From: a virus
IMG/VR virus record: IMGVR_UViG_3300035034_001742
Span: 1-64,000 of that record
Direction: 5' to 3' (one strand)
DNA: 64,000 bases
Shown here: positions 8,499-17,231 of the stretch, piece after piece
Layout of the letters: each line of letters opens with the position of its first letter
How positions within the stretch are numbered: the stretch's first letter is position 1
The notes under the pieces: generated by a model
What the model was told of the DNA's origin: nothing
Databases searched by the model: none
What the model saw: the letters and a program-made list of their open reading frames with translations, nothing else
Position numbers and translations under genes: made by a program

Positions 8499-9485
8499 GA
8501 AGTAATGCAAGCATTACTTCAAATTACCTTTCATTCTGCATTGCGTTCGTATTCACTCACTGCATGCATAACTCAGTTAATTTATTAGCTTTATTGATCT
8601 TCTAAGAGAATAGCTTTAATGTTTAAGTTTAATATTTGTTTTTATATTGCTTTTAATTATTAACTACTACATGGCTATTCTTGATTAAGACTGGCTCAGA
8701 ATTCGCTGTTGCCAGCGAAAGTCTAAGAGAAACCACGAACTTGATTCAGCGCGGGCGAAACTAGGCCATTAAACGTGAAGCTTTATTATCGCAACCGAGG
8801 CGGGTATCGTCTTCCTCTTAGTCTATCGTGATTGCGTTCGCAATCAATACCGCTACCTGCTAAAAACCTAATGGCTAGTTAAAAGCAAGCTCCTGTTGCC
8901 GCTCGCCAAGCGAATTGCTTGCTTGATATTTTTATCAGAGCTAGTGTATTCAGTTGGGTCATCACTCTCTTAATTGCAGAGCAGGATCCAATTTACTCGA
9001 GTGCTTTTACATCCTGTGAATCGTCAGTAACGACTGAGTACCGAGCACGGACCCCGGCAAGAAGGATGTATTATGTCAAAGCTATCTCAAGTGTCGAAGA
9101 AACGTTTGTTATCATTGCACGGACATATCCTATGCAGTACGTTCTTCTGTGGCAACCCAGATCATATTTTAATAACCTACACGATCAACTTCTTCGCTAG
9201 GCACAAGGGTGATAATTTCTATTAACAATAGCCTTTCGGCACAGAGCCACTTTTGGTATTCACTCAATTATTTTTTGGTTTATAATTTTGTTGTAATGCT
9301 GTGGACCTAATGTACCTTGCATAACGGTGTACATATATTGGGACTTTAGTAACCTAAACGCTGATTTGTGGACCAGTGTTAACAATGCGTTAATGTTAAC
9401 CCTTGAGGTCTCTGGTATGTTTGATTGTACGATATGTGCATAGGATATAGGCTCGTCAACTCTATAACCGGTAAATTTTGTAACT
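8499..9485 (-). ncRNA. Candidate large structured ncRNA (~1 kb), family not assigned
   Basis: No credible ORF. Many nested inverted repeats, with GNRA loops on the minus strand (GCAA at 8709-8712, GAAA at 9234-9237). A near-consensus sigma70 promoter lies directly upstream and a terminal hairpin at 8499-8520. Confidence 0.62.
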
Positions 9486-9491
9486 TCGAGT

Positions 9492-9520
9492 AGTATACAT
9501 TCGAACGCCGTAACTGTCAA
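9492..9520 (-). promoter_or_regulatory. Sigma70-type early promoter TTGACA-N17-TATACT
   Basis: Perfect -35 box, 17-nt spacer, 5/6 -10 box, A-tract upstream. Confidence 0.85.
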
Positions 9521-9532
9521 CCTCTTTTTTTA

Positions 9533-9540
9533 TATAAATA
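9533..9540 (+). promoter_or_regulatory. T4 late promoter TATAAATA
   Basis: Exact T4 late consensus upstream of the 9598 ORF. Confidence 0.75.
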
Positions 9541-9597
9541 GTAGAAAGTTGCAAATAATTATAATATTCTACTGAGCAAGCAAGGAAAAACTGATCT

Positions 9598-10008
9598 ATG
9601 TCAGATTACGGACACTGGACCCCAAAAAAACAGTTCGATCCTGAAGAGCATTATGGCTTTGTCTATCAGATAAAAAACATGATAACGGGCGAGAAGTACA
9701 TTGGGCAAAAACAGCTATGGTCCAAGTTTAAAAGGCCTCCTCTAAAAGGAAGAAAGAACAAACGTCATGCCACACGCGAAAGCGATTGGAAAAAGTACAC
9801 AGGAAGTTCAACCCGACTCAACGAAGACATTGAACAGTTAGGAAAGGATAAATTTACGTTTGCTATACTAGAGTTATATCAATCCAAGTGGGAACTAAGC
9901 TATGGTGAGTATAGCAAGATCATCAAAGAAGATGCAATCCCTAAAAATGAATATTACAACGGATTTTTAGGGCGCATTGGCGCTTGTCCATCTAAGGCAA
10001 AATACTAA
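9598..10008 (+). CDS. Stand-alone GIY-YIG family nuclease-like protein
   Basis: GFVY-x10-YIG motif, plus ESDWKKYTGSS and YYN. Confidence 0.8.
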   Translation: MSDYGHWTPKKQFDPEEHYGFVYQIKNMITGEKYIGQKQLWSKFKRPPLKGRKNKRHATRESDWKKYTGSSTRLNEDIEQLGKDKFTFAILELYQSKWELSYGEYSKIIKEDAIPKNEYYNGFLGRIGACPSKAKY

Positions 10009-11255
10009 TGAGATTTTTAGATATATTTTTATCGGAAAGCAGGAAGTCCGAATTACTTGCAACACAGCAAGGACCAAAATTGTTGTCCGCATTAAAAAAA
10101 GATAGACTTGCTGACCAATCAATGACTGCTGACCAGTTAACTCTTGAGCTTGAATCAATGGATCCGCTCAAAGGAAAATCATTGCAATGGCTGGTCAACC
10201 GATATGCGGAGGGCAATTTTAAATTAGAAGATGCCCCACGTGTATCAACATCACTATCCGATTTTGCAAAAAAGAAAAATCAACTAGCAAAGAAAGACCT
10301 CAATCAATACCGGTCGTTGTCTGAGCTGGAAGATGCAGTTGAAGATGCAGTTGAAGTGAAAAGTAAAAAACAGCAAAAGGCAGAAATAAAAACCGAAGGT
10401 GCCGATGTGGTATACAAATCGAGTACGTACAGCATTGTTAAATTAAAAACCGAGGAAGCCGCATGTTATTACGGAAAGGGTACCAAGTGGTGCACTGCCT
10501 CTGATAATAACAACATGTTCAATCGATACAACGACGAGGGGCCGATTTATGTAATACTTGATCACGTCAACAATCGCAAGTTTCAGGTGCAGGTGACTAC
10601 TGCTCAATTCATGGATGAAAAAGACGAACCGGTAGATTACCAGCGATTAAGAAAACAGTATCCTGCAATGCAAAAAATTGCTGTACATGATGCTAATGAC
10701 TGGATCAAAGGCGTAGACATCGAAGATCACGAGCAGTTAGCTGACACAATTATACGATTAGCTAACGATGTATTCGGCGGGCGGTGGCCTGAGGCCGAAG
10801 ACGTAATCAGTGAAGATGGTGTGCTGGCATACAACTATGCAATATATATACTCAAACAACCATGGCCAGCAGCCGAAGCCGCCATTGCCGCCGATGCCGG
10901 GGCTGCATACCGGTATGCAAAGGGTGTACTCAAACAACCATGGCCAGCAGGCGAAGCCGCCATTGCAACCAAGCCCATAAGTGCATACAACTATGCAAGT
11001 GATGTAATCAAAGGACCATGGTCAGCAGGCGAAGCCGCCATTGCTACCGATCCCTACTCTGCTTACAACTATGCAAAACGTGTACTCAAAAAACAATGGC
11101 CAGCAGGTGAAGCCGCTATTGCAACCATTGCTGGATTTGCATATCAGTATGCAAGAGATGTAATCAAAAAACCATGGCCCGCAGGCGAAGCCGCTATTGC
11201 ATCCGAGCCTTACTATGCACGCCAATACCAAGAGCGATTCGGAATACAACTATGA
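10008..11255 (+). CDS. Probable head-packaged protein with a PcfJ-like segment and C-terminal 26-aa helical repeats
   Basis: Leader MRFLDIFLSE; segment AACYYGKGTKWCTA...FNRY..EGPIYVI; six AYxYAxxVLKxPWPAGEAAIA repeats. Confidence 0.7.
   Translation: MRFLDIFLSESRKSELLATQQGPKLLSALKKDRLADQSMTADQLTLELESMDPLKGKSLQWLVNRYAEGNFKLEDAPRVSTSLSDFAKKKNQLAKKDLNQYRSLSELEDAVEDAVEVKSKKQQKAEIKTEGADVVYKSSTYSIVKLKTEEAACYYGKGTKWCTASDNNNMFNRYNDEGPIYVILDHVNNRKFQVQVTTAQFMDEKDEPVDYQRLRKQYPAMQKIAVHDANDWIKGVDIEDHEQLADTIIRLANDVFGGRWPEAEDVISEDGVLAYNYAIYILKQPWPAAEAAIAADAGAAYRYAKGVLKQPWPAGEAAIATKPISAYNYASDVIKGPWSAGEAAIATDPYSAYNYAKRVLKKQWPAGEAAIATIAGFAYQYARDVIKKPWPAGEAAIASEPYYARQYQERFGIQL
10770..11235 (+). repeat. 78-bp coding tandem repeat, about 6 copies
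   Basis: CATGGCCAGCAGGCGAAGCCGCCATTGC-like cores start near 10861, 10939, 11017, 11095 and 11173, with a diverged copy near 10783. Confidence 0.9.
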
Positions 11256-11695
11256 GATTATATGACCTAATAAATGAAGAAGTATTAAAAAAGCATGAAC
11301 ACGGATTTGGATTTTCCGAATACGAAGGTTCGATATATAGCTTAGTTGGTGGCTCGCGTTCGGGTAGTAGTTCCGCAGGGTTGACTCGGTTGAAATACGA
11401 TATAATCGACAGAGAAACAATGATTGCAACAGACGACTACGAACAATCAAAACGTGGATATGTTGAGTTGTTTGTCAATAATAGCGGCGGGATAGACGGG
11501 CTAGTAAATATTGTGCTTCCTGTTAAAGGTCGCAAACAAGGACTCGGCGCCAGCGTTATAAAAGACCTTGTTGATACTGCCGGTGGCTCGTTAAAGATAT
11601 ATGATATTCAACCTAAAGCAAAGGGCTTCTGGAAAAAGGTGGGTGCAGAGTTAACAAAACGTGGTTCTCCTTACGATGCGATTATAACAAACTAA
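11252..11695 (+). CDS. GNAT-like acetyltransferase, probably head-packaged (start corrected to 11252)
   Basis: ATGA overlap with the upstream stop; leader MRLYDLINEE; acetyl-CoA motif RKQGLGASVI and AKGFWKKVG. Confidence 0.7.
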   Translation: MRLYDLINEEVLKKHEHGFGFSEYEGSIYSLVGGSRSGSSSAGLTRLKYDIIDRETMIATDDYEQSKRGYVELFVNNSGGIDGLVNIVLPVKGRKQGLGASVIKDLVDTAGGSLKIYDIQPKAKGFWKKVGAELTKRGSPYDAIITN

Positions 11696-12159
11696 TGAGA
11701 CTATCTGAACTAGAGAAAACGCGCACAACTAATCCGTTGAACAACGGCACAGTCGATGATAGAGCGTGGGAAATTATGGATGTTTTCGATGATGTTCAAG
11801 CAGACTTGTCTGATGAATTAAAACTGATCAATCCCGAAATACATCGTGATGAATTGGTTGCACAGCTTGTAAGACTTCGACGAGAATGCGGAAGAACCAC
11901 AACTATTGCAATCGATAAGCTAATATCAATAGAGCCTGATTTTAGCAAGGCCCATGTCGACAAAATAACAGGATCCGATACCAAACTGCCTCTGGTATTT
12001 AAAATTAAAAATGAATACGTTATTGCCGATGGTAATCACCGTATAATAGCAAAATATCTTTCCGGTGACAAAACAGTTGCGGTAAATTCAGTTGATATTA
12101 AAGACTTTGTAGATTTAGTAGATACATATTATCGTGCAAGAACAAAAAAAGGCGCATAA
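11695..12159 (+). CDS. ParB/Sulfiredoxin-like domain protein
   Basis: Motif PLVFK...YVIADGNHRIIA...G; leader MRLSELE; TAATG coupling. Confidence 0.72.
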   Translation: MRLSELEKTRTTNPLNNGTVDDRAWEIMDVFDDVQADLSDELKLINPEIHRDELVAQLVRLRRECGRTTTIAIDKLISIEPDFSKAHVDKITGSDTKLPLVFKIKNEYVIADGNHRIIAKYLSGDKTVAVNSVDIKDFVDLVDTYYRARTKKGA

Positions 12160-12170
12160 AGCGCCTTTGT
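12144..12170. terminator. Bidirectional intrinsic terminator
   Basis: AAAGGCGC-ataaa-GCGCCTTT between convergent genes. Confidence 0.75.
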
Positions 12171-12174
12171 GCAT

Positions 12175-13317
12175 TTAAACAATAGCAGTTACATCAAACT
12201 CAATGTTAAACTTTGTTTTTAATCTAATTTCTTCGACCAGCGTAGCTTTAATTGCATCAACATGTTCGTTAGTAAATGTTAATCCCATTACAAAATCAAA
12301 ATAACTCACAACATCTTCGTCGTTGAAGTTTTCTATATTTTCAACAAGCCAATCTGTTGTTCTTGTATAATGTGCCTCAGATACCCAGTGATAAGGAATC
12401 CAGCAACACTCTCCACGTTCGAATCTTCTGAACCAACCTTGTATATCATCACTCTGGTGTGTCTTGTGTATAATCTTGTGGCCGTCTTCGCCCATTACAA
12501 TACAGCCTAGCATTTCATTAACATCGGATGCTTCTAAGTTTTTATAAGACATCTTGTTCATGTACGTGCTAGGCTCCTTGCCGTTTTTGTGTACGGACTT
12601 AGCATTGACAAATAAAGCGTGATGAATGGTGTAACTGTTAACAACCTTTTCACGTTGTTCAATATCATTGTAAAGCGATAAGCCTTCACATGATGTTTTG
12701 GTAAATGTATCAAACAATGGGCGTTGATGCATGTTGGCACCATACATTAACACACGCAAGAAGTGACTGTTCTCTTGCCGAAAGCCACGACTACGCTTCA
12801 TTTTAGCAGTTCTTACGTCCGGCGACTTCTGATATGCCAACCGTCCTTTGCTTGAACCCTGGTGACGTATGTGAGTTTCTTTGGTGGCAGGTCGTGTGTC
12901 TTTGCTGGTTATAAAAAAGTCAAAGCGATCTACAATGGTATCGTCTAAGTTCCTGTAGCTTAAATACTTGCATTTGCCGTAAATATAACCCGTATATGAT
13001 GGGTTTTTGTGGTCTGGTTCGCCTGCGTACTGCTCTGCGTAAGCGGCTTTTAAAAGTGCGTTAAAAAACTCTTTATTGGCGTCTATGCCAAGTGGAATAA
13101 TACCCTTATTGATAAAGTAAACAACACCACGCCCTTGTTTAAAAGAGTAGTATTCACGTTTATCAATATCGGCGATATCTTGTGTTTCTTTGCCTAGTAG
13201 GCATTGTTTTGCGAGGTTGTTCAATACAGGGCGTATTGCTTCATTAAAAGCGATCTGACCGTCCATCTCATATAGATTAAAACTTTGGCCATTGAATTGG
13301 TAATCACGAAGTGACAT
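12175..13317 (-). CDS. Hypothetical protein with a possible degenerate HNH nuclease motif
   Basis: YTIHH...EMLGCIVMGEDGHKIIH resembles the HH...CxxLCxNCHxxxH pattern; AAGGA RBS. Confidence 0.5.
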   Translation of the reverse strand: MSLRDYQFNGQSFNLYEMDGQIAFNEAIRPVLNNLAKQCLLGKETQDIADIDKREYYSFKQGRGVVYFINKGIIPLGIDANKEFFNALLKAAYAEQYAGEPDHKNPSYTGYIYGKCKYLSYRNLDDTIVDRFDFFITSKDTRPATKETHIRHQGSSKGRLAYQKSPDVRTAKMKRSRGFRQENSHFLRVLMYGANMHQRPLFDTFTKTSCEGLSLYNDIEQREKVVNSYTIHHALFVNAKSVHKNGKEPSTYMNKMSYKNLEASDVNEMLGCIVMGEDGHKIIHKTHQSDDIQGWFRRFERGECCWIPYHWVSEAHYTRTTDWLVENIENFNDEDVVSYFDFVMGLTFTNEHVDAIKATLVEEIRLKTKFNIEFDVTAIV

Positions 13318-13400
13318 GTTTGTATATCCTTATACGTTTGGATTAGTTACAAGCAGGTATGATAACGTTGCTTGTAACTGTGTCCGTGGTTATTTTATTT

Positions 13401-15176
13401 TTAAACTAAATTTGTATCGGTATTCTCGAAACTTGTAAAACCTCCCTCTTTAATTACCTTAAGAACGCTTGATACTCTACCGATAAGTTCATCACGGTGA
13501 CTGATTAAATATATGCATCGTTGATTCTCGCGTGTCATGCGTTTGAGCACTCCTAACGAATTTTCAACTCCGCTTGTGTCTAATCCACCGTCGATTAATT
13601 CATCAATAAACAATAAATTAATCTTACCATTTAAGCTTTCGTATACATCACGGAATGCCCATGACAGTGAAAGTATTAACCTTGTTCTTTCACCGCGGCT
13701 TAAATTATCAAAGTCGAACTCACGTCCGTATTGTGATATTTCAACTTCTAGATCGGATCTAAACTTAACATCATGTGGCAAGCCAACTTTAGACAAGTAT
13801 GACGACAGTCTGCTATTCAAGTACGACAAGTTTTGATCTATGATCTTCTTACGAATAAAGCTGTCCTTGCTGGTTAACAATTTAAGTAAAAAGTCCTGAT
13901 GATCTTTTAACGTAGTATAGTTGTTAATTGTTTCAAAGTCAACCTCTTGAAGACCATCTTTGCGTAAATCTACAATTTGATCAGTGAACGGGTTGACATT
14001 TGTTATTTCCTTTTCAAGGTCGTTTGCTAATGTATCAAGTACAGTCTTGTGATGGTATGCATCGTCAACAGAAGAGTAAAATGTTTTAACCAGTTGGGCT
14101 GGTTCCGCAAGCGACTCAAGCTCTTTGGTAAACTTGTCTATATCAACTTGACATTCGACAATTTTAGCTTGTGCATCATTGTATTGCGTTTTGTACATTG
14201 CAACTATTTCTTCATGTGCTTCATCAGCAAGGCCTTGTTTGCAAGTGGGACACTCTTTGCTATCATGCGTGGTGTTCATCTTGTCTTCGGCTTGCTCACT
14301 GGTTTTCTGGAATGACTTTATCTTCCAATTAACTGATGACAACTCTTTTTCAGCCCACTGTATGGTAGACGATAACTCTTTGCTAATTGCATTTGACTTA
14401 TGGTACTCGATCTCTTGTTCAATATCGAGTTCATATAAGCTCTCGAGTTCACTTTGAGTGTTATTAATTTTAGCTGTGTGACTTCTATCCCATGTCTTGC
14501 TTTTGAGTTCAAGAGAAGATATATTCTTTTCGATTCTTTTGTTTGAATCTTGCACGGCTATAATTTTAAACTCTTCTTCCTTGATGCGATCGCGTGTTAA
14601 CTTGACCAGCACTTTGAGAACTTCTGCCTTTTCGGTTAGCTTGGTAATACCTAGCAACTGTTCTATAATGGCACGCTGGTCGTTAGCACGCATGCTCAAG
14701 AACGGTTCGTTGTACGTGTTCAGCGCAACAATTTGTCTGAACATGGTGTGCGACAATCCGATGATGCGTTCTATCTCGTATTGAGTTAGTCGACTATCAC
14801 CCTGCGCCTCATCCGTTTCTTCTTCGCCGAACTCTTGCCCGTTAGCAATGAACTTGAATATGTTTGGCTTACGACCGCGTTCAATGCGATAGTGTATTCC
14901 ATTCTTTTCAAACTCAAGTGTTACTATCATTGACTTTTGATTAACTTTGTTGACCAGGTTGTCTTTGCGTATCTTGACAATGGCCTCCCCATACAATGCG
15001 TATGACAAGGCGTTTATGATTGTAGTTTTACCTACACCATTTCTCGAGTCGTTGCCACCAAGGTCTAGGTTTTCACCTAGAACCAACACCAGTTCGTCAT
15101 CGACAAACTGGATTGCTTGGCTAACATTACCGACACTGAGAAAGTTTTTAATTGTGACATTGTGTACTTTAAACAT
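13401..15176 (-). CDS. gp46: Recombination endonuclease ATPase subunit (gp46, Rad50/SbcC-like); start corrected to MFKVHN
   Basis: Walker A NGVGKTT, zinc hook CPTC, signature LSRGE, Walker B LLFIDE, H-loop ISH. Confidence 0.95.
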   Translation of the reverse strand: MFKVHNVTIKNFLSVGNVSQAIQFVDDELVLVLGENLDLGGNDSRNGVGKTTIINALSYALYGEAIVKIRKDNLVNKVNQKSMIVTLEFEKNGIHYRIERGRKPNIFKFIANGQEFGEEETDEAQGDSRLTQYEIERIIGLSHTMFRQIVALNTYNEPFLSMRANDQRAIIEQLLGITKLTEKAEVLKVLVKLTRDRIKEEEFKIIAVQDSNKRIEKNISSLELKSKTWDRSHTAKINNTQSELESLYELDIEQEIEYHKSNAISKELSSTIQWAEKELSSVNWKIKSFQKTSEQAEDKMNTTHDSKECPTCKQGLADEAHEEIVAMYKTQYNDAQAKIVECQVDIDKFTKELESLAEPAQLVKTFYSSVDDAYHHKTVLDTLANDLEKEITNVNPFTDQIVDLRKDGLQEVDFETINNYTTLKDHQDFLLKLLTSKDSFIRKKIIDQNLSYLNSRLSSYLSKVGLPHDVKFRSDLEVEISQYGREFDFDNLSRGERTRLILSLSWAFRDVYESLNGKINLLFIDELIDGGLDTSGVENSLGVLKRMTRENQRCIYLISHRDELIGRVSSVLKVIKEGGFTSFENTDTNLV

Positions 15177-15177
15177 T

Positions 15178-16191
15178 CTATAACTCGTTGTAGATTGAAA
15201 GAAGCTTAGCATTGTCGAAAGTTGAACTTTCTATGCTACTAAGTTGTTCCAGTACAATCTGATCGACTGTCTGGTGCTCAATTTCACCATCGAACTCATG
15301 TTCTTCGGCTTCCTTGGCATCGTGTAGCAATTTGAATTCGCGAATGTCGTAGTTCTCCATGAATGTCTCACGCAAAAAGTTTGCTTCTTCGTAAGTGATG
15401 TCTATGTCAAGTGTTACCTTGGCATACGTCTTCGGAAGCAAGTAATGATCAGTATCATCAAGCAACTTGGAAAGCCTACAAGTGACATACTTTGGACCAT
15501 CCGGCCAGTTCACATACTCGGGTTCGCCGTTCCACTCTAAAAACATTGCGCCACGGTCAAAGTCCCATGCATCAGCAAAGTTGTGCCCAAAGGGGTTACC
15601 AATGTAATGAACATTGCCACTTTGTTGTCGTTTGTGAAAGTGCCCACTGAATACATATTCCTGATGTACAAAATGCGTTCTGTTAATTTGTCCGTGATCG
15701 GGCATGTCAACCAATGCATTCATTTTAAATCCGGGTATCTCAAAGTGCCCAAACATGTATTTAGATTTAATCTTCTTAACTTCTTTCCATTCGTCTTCAA
15801 CTAGCCACGGAACAATAGCAACATCACCGTCTTGAAATAACTCGTCGACAATTTTTATGTTGTTAAATTCTGCGCCCATTATAAGCGAATGTATTTCACG
15901 CTTCTCACGATAAAATAAATCATGATTGCCAGTTATAATATAAACTTTTTCAAATGCATTGTTAAGCATTCTTAGCGCAGACATGGTATAGTTTAATGTG
16001 GAAACGTTAACGTTTGATCTATGATGGTGCCAATCACCCAAGAAGATGCATTTTTCGCACCCTCTTGACTTCGCTTCGATGATAAACCATTTTACAAAAT
16101 CTTCGCAGTCATTGTTATGAACGCGAGAGTTATGTTTATTACCAAAGTGAATATCAGTGAAGCAGGCCACGTGTTTAAATAGATTACTCAC
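15178..16191 (-). CDS. gp47: Recombination endonuclease nuclease subunit (gp47, Mre11/SbcD-like)
   Basis: Metallophosphoesterase motifs DIHFG, LGDW, GNHD, GHFE, SGHFH. Confidence 0.95.
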   Translation of the reverse strand: MSNLFKHVACFTDIHFGNKHNSRVHNNDCEDFVKWFIIEAKSRGCEKCIFLGDWHHHRSNVNVSTLNYTMSALRMLNNAFEKVYIITGNHDLFYREKREIHSLIMGAEFNNIKIVDELFQDGDVAIVPWLVEDEWKEVKKIKSKYMFGHFEIPGFKMNALVDMPDHGQINRTHFVHQEYVFSGHFHKRQQSGNVHYIGNPFGHNFADAWDFDRGAMFLEWNGEPEYVNWPDGPKYVTCRLSKLLDDTDHYLLPKTYAKVTLDIDITYEEANFLRETFMENYDIREFKLLHDAKEAEEHEFDGEIEHQTVDQIVLEQLSSIESSTFDNAKLLSIYNEL

Positions 16192-16202
16192 AATAATTCC
16201 TT

Positions 16203-17111
16203 TTATTTTTGCTGTTGCGGTTTTGCAGGACGATGCGATTCTTCCCAGTTTCTACGAATTTCCTCTTCGTGTGCATTTTGTCTGGTGTGACTTGGTGCTT
16301 GTCCTGCCGCTTCTAACAAGTCATCGCGAATGTTCTGATTGCGCTTTTCTAAGTTTAATATACGTGTAAAGCTGTTCTTTACAGAGGCCGTAAAGTAAGA
16401 AAAAGGATTATCACTTTTTGCTTCATTGAACTGTAATCCCATTTGCGATAGCTGTAACAATGCCTGACCTTTCATCTCGTCAATGTAAGTGTATCCGCGC
16501 CAGTTGCCACGTTGTCCATAGCGTGCAACCATCAGCAAGTACATTTCTGCAAGCTTGCGTGTTACCGAACCGTGCGTTAACGAAAACTCACCTTTGTGAT
16601 TATGCGAACGTAGCACTTCTTTAACAAACAATTTTTCTTTGTTATCATCTTCGATTTCAAAAAAACGATCACCTTCTGCTGGTTGCACTCTGTAATGCTT
16701 GAAAGGAGGAAAGTTTAATTTGACGTGACGATCGGCCACTGTCTTGTGTGTTTTTTTACGCTCCAGGTCCTCTGGTATATGATCAAACGTCATCACGCGG
16801 AATACCAAATCTTCAACTGGAATATCAGTTGGTTCAATTTTGTATACTGCTAACTTGGGTTTGGTCTTCTGTTCCATTTCTCCACGATCGAAAATCTCAA
16901 CAGCCGCCACGTGCGCTTCTTTGGAAAGACGCTTGGCTTGTGCTTCTTGTGCTTCGAAGATCTTTTCTTGTGTAATTTCGGAGAGGTTGTCAACTATGCT
17001 GTCGAACATTGTGTCGGCTTCGGTATCGTAGTCGCAAAATTGTATTTTGCTTAGATGTATCTGCTTTAACATATCCTTGTTATTGAGATAGTTCACTTTT
17101 CTTTTTGTCAT
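16203..17111 (-). CDS. gp55: Late-transcription sigma factor (T4 gp55-like); start probably MTKRK at 17111
   Basis: YLNNKD near the N-terminus; NWRGYTYIDEM...FNEAKSDNPFSYFT...SFTRILNLEK; GGAG RBS; next to gp47. Confidence 0.85.
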   Translation of the reverse strand: MTKRKVNYLNNKDMLKQIHLSKIQFCDYDTEADTMFDSIVDNLSEITQEKIFEAQEAQAKRLSKEAHVAAVEIFDRGEMEQKTKPKLAVYKIEPTDIPVEDLVFRVMTFDHIPEDLERKKTHKTVADRHVKLNFPPFKHYRVQPAEGDRFFEIEDDNKEKLFVKEVLRSHNHKGEFSLTHGSVTRKLAEMYLLMVARYGQRGNWRGYTYIDEMKGQALLQLSQMGLQFNEAKSDNPFSYFTASVKNSFTRILNLEKRNQNIRDDLLEAAGQAPSHTRQNAHEEEIRRNWEESHRPAKPQQQK

Positions 17112-17155
17112 TCGAACTCCTGTGTTCAATCCATTGGACACTTTAATTTACATGT

Positions 17156-17184
17156 ATTTTACTACAGTTTGTGTCCTTTGTCAA
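17156..17184 (-). promoter_or_regulatory. Sigma70-type promoter TTGACA-N17-TAAAAT for gp55-47-46
   Basis: Perfect -35 box, 17-nt spacer. Confidence 0.8.
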
Positions 17185-17210
17185 CCTATTCCATACCAGT
17201 ATTTTTAGTT

Positions 17211-17218
17211 GATAAATA
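17211..17218 (+). promoter_or_regulatory. Late promoter GATAAATA for the baseplate operon
   Basis: Same motif as at 6872, 22548 and 37173. Confidence 0.72.
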
Positions 17219-17231
17219 CAGATATAGATAA

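Noticed and set aside
8919-9200. 93-aa plus-strand ORF
   Set aside because: TTG start with no RBS; lies inside the densely base-paired region; no motif.
8499-9485. Group I/II intron, tRNA, tmRNA or RNase P identity for the structured region
   Set aside because: It does not interrupt a gene. I could not see a group II domain V, group I core, tRNA T-loop/CCA or RNase P signature by eye. Needs cmscan.
9260-9520. 86-aa minus-strand ORF
   Set aside because: Its TTG start is the -35 box of the promoter, so it lies upstream of the predicted transcription start. The protein has no recognisable features.
10770-11235. 78-bp periodic repeats as a CRISPR array
   Set aside because: Period is a multiple of 3 and in frame, the spacers are homologous to each other, and no cas genes are present.
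11174-11251. N-terminal extension of the 173-aa ORF
   Set aside because: It overlaps the repeat gene; the ATGA-coupled start at 11252 fits the shared leader motif better.
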